Shown: positions 54,610 through 64,000 of the stretch, one piece after another
Numbering within the stretch: the first letter of the stretch is position 1
Layout: the number at the start of each line of letters is the position of its first letter
Assembly: GCA_951406725.2 (NCBI GenBank)
Contig: OX597817.1
Location: forward strand, 6,076,001 to 6,140,000
Length of the DNA stretch: 64,000 nt
Reading direction: 5' to 3'
From: Octopus vulgaris
Lineage: Eukaryota
Program-made: the position numbers and the translations under genes
Notes under the pieces: generated by a model
The model's database searches: none
Told to the model about the DNA's origin: nothing
The model's input: the letters and a program-made list of their open reading frames with translations, nothing else

Positions 54610-54848
54610 TCCCTTCTCTGTTTTTTTCTTCTTCTTCTTCTTCATCATCATCGTTATCATCATCATCGGCGTCATCATCATCGCCACCATCATCACCACC
54701 ATCTTCTCCTTCTCCTCCTTCTTCTTCTTCTTCTTCTTCATCATCATCGTTATCATCATCATCGTCGTCATAATCATCACCACCATCACCATCATCTTCT
54801 CCTTCTCCTTCTTCTTCTTCTTCTTCTTCTTCTTCTTCTTCTTCTCCA
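54610..54848. repeat. Compound (CTT)n/(CAT)n microsatellite inside the PLE 3' UTR, mirrored at ~49155-49390
   Basis: Two internally duplicated CTT/CAT blocks, present in both arms. Confidence 0.9.
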
Positions 54849-55194
54849 CCCCCTACCCCTTAAGTTTGTCACTAATGTTTTTTAGTATAACACCTACGCT
54901 AATTCTATAAACAAGCCTGTCGATATAAATATTCTCCTGAATTGAACTGAGACTGCCAGCCGCCACTGACCATTCAAAATACGACCATCAGGGCACTCCC
55001 AGATTCTCCCACCCCCTTTCCTCACCAGCCTTCCCTCTACTACCCTACCAAGAACTCACAACTACCTCGAACACACAAGTGCAAACAAGGGAGTCAGAGA
55101 AAAGCAGAATGCCACTTAAATCTGAACACTACTATAGAAATATTGTTTTAAAAAAACTTTTCTTCTAATTTTTCTAAATTTAATTATTTAATCG

Positions 55195-55238
55195 TTACAG
55201 TTGAAAAGGTCTCAAAATGACCGAAACCGGTACTGAAA
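55195..55238 (+). ncRNA. Minimal type-I hammerhead ribozyme-like motif (U3-A8 core variant) in the PLE 3' end
   Basis: cag-TTGAAAA-GGTC-tcaaaat-GACC-GAAA-CCGGTA-ctg: stem I CAG/CTG, stem II GGTC/GACC, palindromic ACCGGT stem III, GUA cleavage triplet. Confidence 0.7.
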
Positions 55239-55322
55239 TGTTCACTATAAAATTATTTTAGCATTTTCTATTTTTTACTTGTTTTTTCATATATATCAAC
55301 TCGTGTGTTCCTTTTCACCCTT

Positions 55323-55369
<47 letters not shown>

Positions 55370-55763
55370 TAGGTGAATGAATTATCCTATGTTTATCGTC
55401 AGCATGGAAAATTCGTTTAACCGAAACCTGGGTAGCAAATTCACACATAATAATTCTAGGATGGAATTCATAAATATTTAATGCATTGCTACGCGCATTC
55501 CACAAATCACATGACTTTAACATGTAATTTGTGGAAACGCGTGTAGTCATGTATTAAATATTGAAAAATTCTATCTTAGAATTATTGTTATGTGTATATC
55601 TATCCTACATTATATCAGTATAACCATGATGCAACCCCGAAAATCTGACTCACATGTGAGTATCATTAGAGGGTAGCCGGCATAATGAAATCGGAACTTC
55701 ATTTTCTTAACCTTAACGTTAGTATAAACGCTGCATACCCATAACGTTAGAATTCAAAATGTA

Positions 55764-55864
<101 letters not shown>

Positions 55865-55975
55865 AGCAGTGGAAAATTTGGATAACTGTGTGTCCATGAC
55901 AAAGTGCTATTACGTACTCGGTTAACAGTTCACACAACAGTCTCTGTCTCCCTCTCTCATCTCTCTCTCTCTCTC

Positions 55976-56013
<38 letters not shown>

Positions 56014-56332
56014 CATATACCTGTGCAATTAAACTAATGTGAAGCTGGAAAGAGTGAAGATCAAAGAACAACACAATGCACGTGCTTCAGGGTAGTATAT
56101 AATTATTTTCAATGAACCTCACAGAAAAGTCTGCTCAAGGCCTACCAATGTTAATAGTCAGATTCACAAAATCGTTGTAAAATATCTCATAACCGTATTG
56201 CATACGCTTGTATAATTTTTCAAAATGCATTGGCAGCTAACGTTGTCAGCATTACATAGGTATATGACATATCTATGTGTATACAGGTGTAAGTTTATTT
56301 CTGGTGTTGCTGGATAGAGCACGTAGGGTGTA

Positions 56333-56557
56333 CCTTTCGTTACTATATTTATTTTGAGATGCTCTGTGTTCCTTTCAATTATTTTAAATATAACAAAGAA
56401 TTTAGTAAAATAACTTAGTTTACCATTAAACAAGTGTTAGGAACATAAATTGCGACTAAGGTTTGGTGGTATATTTTAATGCAAAACTTATGGAAACAAG
56501 ACATTTGTACTACAGAGCCAGAGCCGGCTTTGGCCGGGTTGGTAACGAAAGGGTTAA
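56333..56557. mobile_element. piggyBac-like MITE
   Basis: CCTTTCGTTAC ... GTAACGAAAGGG-TTAA terminal inverted repeats. The left end is degenerate. Confidence 0.5.
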
Positions 56558-57106
56558 CATGTCACTATATAGTAAATACAGTCATATATTCTCCGAATCC
56601 GGGCTTGCGTGTTCTCTTTTACGTGCGTGTTTATGTCGGCAAGAATTGTTAATTTTATTGCGTGTGCGTGTGCGCGTGTGTCTGTGCGTGTGTGTGTACG
56701 TGTGTGAGAGAGTGAGTGAGTGAGTTTGTATTCATGTGTGGATATATTAGTGTGTAAGTGTGTGTATGTGTCTGTGTTTGTGTGACTAACTTCGTAAACA
56801 TTTATGGTATTATATATTTTGGTTAGTACATGCAGCTGAATATATTGTCAGTTCAGATTCTGTTTGTTTCCTTTTTTTTTTGTATTCTAGAGGAGTAGAG
56901 TTAGATACCTTTGAATTGGGAAAGGTTTGGAAATTGGAAAGCGTCGTAAACCGGTGAGACAGATGGCATTAATGTACATTTTAGAGGAAAAAAACTTGCA
57001 AGAGAAACCTGAAAAAGGTGATTCCAAAGAGTCGATGCCCCAAAGGGCGACAAACATTTCGGGCTATCATGCTCCCCAACTACTTCTGCTCATGATCACC
57101 GATGCA

Positions 57107-57187
<81 letters not shown>

Positions 57188-57408
57188 GTAGTAGTAGTAG
57201 TAGTAGTACTTTAGTTGTAGTATTTTCGTGGTACGTTATCTAGTAAACTTTAACAAAACAAGTGAAACGTTGTGGTGTTCTTTGATGTTAATTTAAATAC
57301 TCGAACAGGATCTCTATGTTTTATTGGTATGATACTAACATATGCACATACATACGTACATACACACACAGACACACACACACACAGACACACTCACACA
57401 CAGACACA

Positions 57409-57446
<38 letters not shown>

Positions 57447-57455
57447 CACACACGT

Positions 57456-57800
57456 GGGGGCGTAATAGTCCAGTGGTCAGGGCAGTGAACTCGTGATCGG
57501 AGGATCGCGGTTTCGATTCCCAGAAAGGGCTTTGTGAGTATATTGAGCGAAAACAACTAAAGATCCCCGAGGCTCCGGCAGGGGGGTGGGGTGGCGAATC
57601 CTGCTGTACTCATTCTCCACAACTTTCTCTCCCTCATTATTTCTGTTTTTGCTGTATCTTTATTTCAAAAGGCCAGTCTTGTCATACTCTGTGTCACGCT
57701 GAATCTCCCCCCCCCCGAGAACTACGTTAATTTCACGAGCAGTCTGTTCTGTTGATCGGATCAACTGGTACCCTCGTCTTCATAACCGACGGAATGCCAC
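57456..57800 (+). mobile_element. tRNA-derived SINE, third family
   Basis: A-box TAGTCCAGTGG and B-box GGTTTCGATTCC followed by a ~270-bp GC-richer body. Confidence 0.6.
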
Positions 57801-57827
57801 GATATACACAAACATGTATATATATAC

Positions 57828-57890
<63 letters not shown>

Positions 57891-57916
57891 AATATATAAA
57901 AACATTATTTCAATTA

Positions 57917-58196
57917 TCTTTATATCTATAAAACTGAGAATGTGTGTGTGTCTGTCTGTCTGTCTGTCTGTGTGCTTCCCTAAAACTTGAGAACTACACA
58001 ATCAATTTCATTCAAATTTTAAACATGCCTTACTTAGGGTCCGGGGAGTGTCATCGGCAAAAAAAAAATGTTCAACTTCTTGCCTGGAGCAAGCCCATAG
58101 CAATATCATATCTTCTCCACTATTTCAGTATTAAACATTTTTCTATTTTATGTCAGATTAACATTATGACCCGTCGTTGCCGGGTCATAGTGCTAG
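57917..58196 (+). mobile_element. Non-autonomous Helitron-like element
   Basis: A|TC 5' start, (GT)/(CTGT)n 5' microsatellite, subterminal hairpin ATGACCCG-tcgttgc-CGGGTCAT, and CTAG|T 3' end. Confidence 0.75.
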
Positions 58197-58278
58197 TATA
58201 TATATATATATATATATAAACATTATTTCAATTATTGATAGAAGCGTACCAGATACGTAAAAGCTTATTATGTCTATA

Positions 58279-58344
<66 letters not shown>

Positions 58345-58622
58345 AATATATATATATATATTTATATATGCATACTTATATATATGTGTGTGTGTGAGTG
58401 TGTATTCTTTTACTTGTTTCAGTCATTTGAATGCGGCCATGCCGGAGTACCGCTTTATGAGTGTCTTAATCGAAGAAATCGACCGCAGGACTTAATGTAT
58501 GCAAGCCTAGTACCTATTTTGTCGGTCATATTTGCTGAATCGCTAGATTAAGTGGGCATAAACACACCAGCATCGGTTGTCAAGCATCGGATGGCAGGGA
58601 GACAAACACAGATGCACATACA

Positions 58623-58708
<86 letters not shown>

Positions 58709-58820
58709 AACACACACACACACACACAGACACACACACATACATATAGATATAGCGTTCCGTATTTCAGTCGAGTGTGTTAGTATTAATGTGGTAACAT
58801 CGTAGATTTCGTCTTGGTAT

Positions 58821-58898
58821 ATGTTTGGCTGAAGAAGGTAAAGCAAAATATGGGTGAGAGACATATCTTGCAAAACCTGAAACCTCCAGGTACCACAT
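58821..58898 (+). ncRNA. Type-I hammerhead ribozyme with canonical core and long stem II
   Basis: TGG-CTGAAGA-AGGT..GCAAAATATG-loop-CATATCTTGC..ACCT-GAAA-CCTccAGG-TA-CCA. Confidence 0.75.
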
Positions 58899-59088
58899 TA
58901 TCCATTTTCCGGGTGTTTCATCTTTCAGATGTTCTCCCTGGAGGTAAGACGGTTTTTTTTCTCTATTTTGTTGCACACACGCATTTTTGCTAATACATAC
59001 GCGGTGAAGCTACACATTAGCGTCGTATTTTTACGTTCGCTATTTCCAGTAAATATCGGTACTTAGTTGTGCCATTTATTTACTAATT

Positions 59089-59132
<44 letters not shown>

Positions 59133-59135
<3 letters not shown>

Positions 59136-59598
59136 TCATCATCGTCCTAGTCAGGAGTAGCATTATGCGATGTTGTGGTCATCATTTTGTCTTGCCACCT
59201 TCTCCTTGTCCTCTACTCCATGTATAGCTGAGGATAAAGACAATCCTATGGCTGCTATGTCTTTCAGCCAAGAAGTGGGGGTGATCTGCCTCTTTTACGT
59301 CTGCCGTTCACCTTGCCAGTTATGTTTCGCTCAAGTCCATCCCGGCGCATGACGTGGCCAAAGAACCGTAGCTTCCGCTTCATAATGTTTCGCCGAAGCG
59401 TCATCTCGCAACCGAGCTTTTCTACAACCCAGTTGTTCGTCCTTATCTCCGTCCGCAACACTCTAAGGATTCTGCGGTAACACCACATTTCAAAATCGCA
59501 AATCCTTTTCATGTCTGCCTTCAACATTGTCCACGACTCGCAGCCGTACGTCACAATAGAGAAAGCAGCAGCCCGCAATAGCTTTATCTTCAGCAGCT
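59133..59598 (-). mobile_element. RTE-clade LINE 3' fragment
   Basis: TYGCESWT..FEMWCYRRILRV..KRKLRFFGHVMRRDGLE..GKVNGRRKRGR, followed by a (GAT)n tail. Confidence 0.85.
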
Positions 59599-60272
59599 TA
59601 TATATATATATATATATATACACGACGGGCTTATTTCAATTTCCACTCTCAAGGCTTTGGTCGGCCTGAGGCTATTGCAGAAGACACATGCCCAAGGTGC
59701 CACGCAGTGGGACTGAGCATGGAATCATGTGCTTGGAATGCAAGCTTCTTACCCCACGGCCACACCTGCATGTATATATATTATATGTAAAATCCATATT
59801 TAATCATAGTCTGTTGTATGATTCTATGACAACCACACGATTATAAACATATATACATTCACATCTGTGTGTATTTATGTGTGCATGTCTGTGTACGTGT
59901 GTGCATGTGTCTGCATAATCTTATTAAGTAGATTAATTTCCATCGGATTTGTCTTTTCAACGTGATGGCATGACTCCTAAATTTTTTTATTTTACGGCTA
60001 ATAAATTTGGCGACACCATATGAAATCTAATATTCACAGTTCCACCTATATCCCGATACGGATATTTTGAGATAAACATTATTTCAATTCTTAATAGAAA
60101 CGTAACAAATACCTAAAAGCTTATTATGTCTACAATCCAGTAACTGCAATTTATACTGCAATGAACTAGATATAGACCCATTATTGCCTACAGAACTATG
60201 CATTGAATGGTATGTAGAATGTTATAAATTTCAAAACAAACTTCTCCTAGTTCATAATTGTATATACATATG

Positions 60273-60364
<92 letters not shown>

Positions 60365-60529
60365 TTAGGGAATAAATCCAAACTTACAGGGAAAAATTAG
60401 ATTTAGGATTAAATCCAATTTTATAGTATAAATATATTATATTATATTATATTAAATTAGAGATAAAACCAATATTAGGCAAATCAAACAGTAGTGGTTT
60501 TATCTCTAATTTAATATATTATATATATA

Positions 60530-60681
60530 TGTGTGGGTAAGTAGCTTGCTAACCAACCACATGGCTCCGGGTTCAGTCCCACTGCGTGGCATCTTGGGTA
60601 AGTGTCTTCTGCTATAGCCCCAGACCGACCAATGCCTTGTGAGTGGATTTGGTAGACGGAAACTGAAAGAAGCCTGTCGTA

Positions 60682-60728
<47 letters not shown>

Positions 60729-60877
60729 TTGTGTGTCTGTGTTTGTTCCCCTAGCATTGCTTGACAACCGATGCTGATGTGTTTACGTGCCCGTCACTTA
60801 GCGGTTCGGCAAAAAGAGACCGATAGAATAAGTACTGGGCTTACAAAAAGAATAAGTCTCGGGGTCGAGTTGCTTGA
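60530..60877 (+). mobile_element. SINE family 1, truncated at both ends
   Basis: Colinear with the body of 16750-17173. Confidence 0.8.
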
Positions 60878-60979
60878 ATTTACTTTACACACACACACAC
60901 AGACACACACACACACACAGACACACACAAACACACACACACACACACACTCTCTCTCTCTCTCTCACACACACACAGC

Positions 60980-61655
60980 TGTGCTGCCATGTCATTTTGT
61001 ATTGTTGAGAGGAGACTGTCGAGTTCCTTTTTGAAGACATCCTCGTCCACATTGTGTAGGTTTCTTCATTTTCGTTTTGTAGATCTGTGGGCTTTTAAAT
61101 GCCATGTTATTGCAATACCTGGTCCTGAATTTAGAGTGAACGTTACCTTTGGCACGATACAAAGGCGTCCAGTACTGATATTTGTATAATACTCAATGCC
61201 GAAATTAGGTACTAGCCCTTCCAGAATTTCTGCCGCATCTTAGCTACAGGCAGTAATGTTGTAAATTTTTCAGCCGCTTCCCGTAGTTTATCTATCGCAT
61301 TGTTACAAGCTTTTTTAGCGTAGTGATGTTGGACCGCACAAGCAGTTATTTTTGGCACTTTTCAGTGACCATAGGTGAGAGCCGTAGTCCAGACAGCTGA
61401 GAACAACATCCTCCACAGGATCAACATAACTGCTTGGTCACTTGCTTTGAAGGACTTTAGTATCCATCCTACCAGCTGCCTGCACTTTGCTGCGATCTTG
61501 GTAATGTGCATATGAAATGACACATCGTAGTACATGCTGATCCTCAAGTCTTTTACTGTCAGTGAGTCTGGGATTACAGCGCCTTCGGGTCCTGTATAAG
61601 TGGGCTACGATTCATTTGGGAGTTGAAATTTTCCAGCATTAAATTGCATTTTCTT
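60980..61655 (-). mobile_element. Decayed CR1-group RT C-terminal fragment related to the 43.5-45.3 kb LINE
   Basis: [32 protein letters not shown], ..[11 protein letters not shown].. Confidence 0.75.
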
Positions 61656-62680
61656 TAATTCATATAACTTGTCTGTCGAATTCGGCTCCCGCTGTAGGCT
61701 TGCGACGTCATCTGGATTTTTTTTTTTTGCCTTCGATAATATTGAATCATCACGTAGCTAGTGAGAGTGGCCGAGAGAGCTATTTTAGTATACATGATAT
61801 GTGTGTGTGGGGAGGAGGGAGGGAGGTGTAGGAATATATGCATATATATTCATACAAACACTCACACACACACAAATATATATATATATATCCAAACATT
61901 CTTGCATATTTCGAAGTGTGTGTGTGTATTTCTGTGTATGATATTATCCTCTATAGCATTATTATATTCTGAACTATACACCAGTATGAAGTACTGGATG
62001 TTTATACGTATGACATTTATTTTATAAACCGTAGTCCCCCTTGTGTTACAATGCGCAATATTAACATCCTTTTTTAGATTGGCTCAGGCAGACAATGGAG
62101 CATATTATAAAGTTCGAAAGAATGAAAACAATCCGAAATTCAATGAATTAATTAAAAAAATAACAGCAAAAATTACACATACAATGCCTATATCTCTCAA
62201 TAGATGACCGTAAAGAAAATTAGTTTTAAACATTATAGATTCGAGATATTTAAAAGCCTAAAATTATGTAGTTATCCAATATCATTAAACGGTCTATCAT
62301 AAGATATCAGGCCACATATGATTGTATATGCTTTATGCAAACTGCTTTAAATATTGTCAGGACCTTCGCTATATAAAGATGTGAAATACAATGGTGTTTG
62401 CGCTAAATAATGGGAAAGTGATGAATAATTTATTTTTAATCGAAGCAGCGGGACTAATTAGCTGTGGTAATTGATTTTCGAAACCATTTAACTTTTTCAA
62501 TTTGCCAGTCCGGTGAATAATCACATAATCAACAACCAAAAATTGCAACAAAAAAAAAAAATGTTTATGATATCTTAGAGAATGATTGAAATATGCTACC
62601 AGACAAGCATTTACGCATACATGTGGACAGTTCTCATCCATAGGGACCTTAATTCATTTTAACTTAGAGCGCAGATACAA

Positions 62681-62734
<54 letters not shown>

Positions 62735-63230
62735 ACGTGTATTGTCTCTTACGCTCCGCCTTATACAAAGACATTTGTTAGGACATGTATGTGCATGAAT
62801 ATATTTATATAGGTATGCATGTCTTCATGCGTATATATAGACACGCACATATGTATGTAGTAACAAAAGTATCTAGATATAACTACATATATAACTGTCT
62901 ATGCACGCACATAAGCAAGCACACATACGCATATATATACATATATATAATATATATATATACGTGTGTGTGTGTGCATGCATTCTTTTATTCTTTTATG
63001 TTTCAGCCTTGCAGCTACGGCCGTGCTGGGGCACTGCCAGTGTAATCACCTTTTAATTAGCCAATTCTATGGGATTGGTTTTGGGTGAAGGAGGGAGTTC
63101 GATACCAATGCCCACTTTCGATTATCCTGCCTTTTGATTATCCGGTTCATGTGGAATCTTTGATAGCAAGAGGTCTACTCCCACTCCATGGAGATCCCGC
63201 AGATGTTCTGGCAAGGAGCTAAATAGTTTA

Positions 63231-63639
63231 GGCGTAGGAGTTGCTGTGTTGTAAGTAGCATGCTTACCAGCCACATGGTTCCAGTATCCGTCACACTGCG
63301 TGGCACCTTGGGCAAGTGTCTTCTACTATAGTCCCGGGCCGACCAAAGCCTTGAGAGTGGATTTGGTAGACGGAAACTGAAAGGAGCCTGTCGTATATAT
63401 GTATATATATATATGTGTGTATATGTTTGTGTGTCTGTATTTGTCCCCCCCTCCAACCTCGCTTGACAACCGATGCTGGTCTGTTTACGTCTTCGTAACT
63501 TAACGGTTCGGCAAAAGAGACCGATAAAATAAGTACTAGGCTTAAAAAGAATAAGTCCTGGGGTCACTTTGGTCGACTAAAGGTTGCGCTCCAACATGGC
63601 CACTGTCAAATGAATGAAACAAGTAAAAGAGTAAAAGAG
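63231..63639 (+). mobile_element. SINE family 1, full length
   Basis: Colinear with 16750-17173. Confidence 0.85.
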
Positions 63640-63640
63640 T

Positions 63641-64000
63641 TTTTGGCCCTTGAATCTCAAGGTATTGCATTACATGAACCTCGCCTTTGATGAGACAGCT
63701 TGGACTTTTCGAACAGTGTAGTGACGTCCATTTCGACAGCTGGTATAACTCTAAATTTCAAAGTTTAGTGTCAGCCCCTCCAGTATGTTCCACACTTATA
63801 TCCCTGCGTATCGCTCTCGTCTTCACTCCAGGGAGCAGAGCCATAACTCTTTCAGTCTTTCCCAGTCGCTCAGCTGCTGTTCTATTGATGCAATCTTCCT
63901 TGTGTAGTATCGCTGAATTGCCTCAAGTTCAGCTGTTAATCCTACAGGGTAAGGTGTCCACAGTTGAGAGCAGCAGTCCAGACGGCTTAAGACAAATGTC
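63641..64000 (-). mobile_element. CR1-group RT C-terminal fragment running off the window end
   Basis: LSRLDCCSQLW..AELEAIQRYYTRKIASI..WERLKEL..SLE*RRERYA. Confidence 0.75.

Larger units (their letters stand above)
48714..55288 (+). mobile_element. Penelope-like retroelement (Neptune-type, C-terminal GIY-YIG) with a long inverted 5' duplication of its 3' part
   Basis: The forward unit 51196-55288 carries ORF1, the RT-EN ORF and a 3' UTR. 48714-51195 is the reverse complement of 52813-55288. Both outer ends abut (TA)n. Confidence 0.95.

Overview
Animal genomic DNA, very probably a coleoid cephalopod such as Octopus (inferred from the SINE families and the extreme (TA)n/(TACA)n/(CA)n density). 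It is intergenic or intronic. Almost all short ORFs in the track are microsatellite artefacts, and no host gene is securely identified; two weak candidate exons lie at 39.2-40.5 kb. The window is dominated by transposons. (1) A young Neptune-type Penelope-like element (PLE) spans 48714-55288. It is a 6.6-kb foldback with ~2.48-kb inverted arms, inserted in (TA)n, with an intact RT + Zn-knuckle + GIY-YIG frame and a hammerhead-ribozyme-like motif at each end. (2) A near-full-length CR1-group LINE lies at 43.4-48.5 kb on the minus strand. (3) There are also a decayed mariner, Dong/R4, RTE, CR1, Helitron and older PLE remnants, and three tRNA-derived SINE families. The top finding is that the PLE has a separate upstream coiled-coil-like ORF1 overlapping the RT frame by 64 nt. 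The overlap holds an in-phase U_UUU_UUA slippery heptamer, and the conserved PLE N-terminal motif lies upstream of the first RT-frame ATG. Two diverged PLE relics in the same window keep the same junction phase. This points to gag-pol-like programmed -1 ribosomal frameshifting in an endonuclease-containing PLE. All coordinates and alignments were read by eye; no database searches were run.
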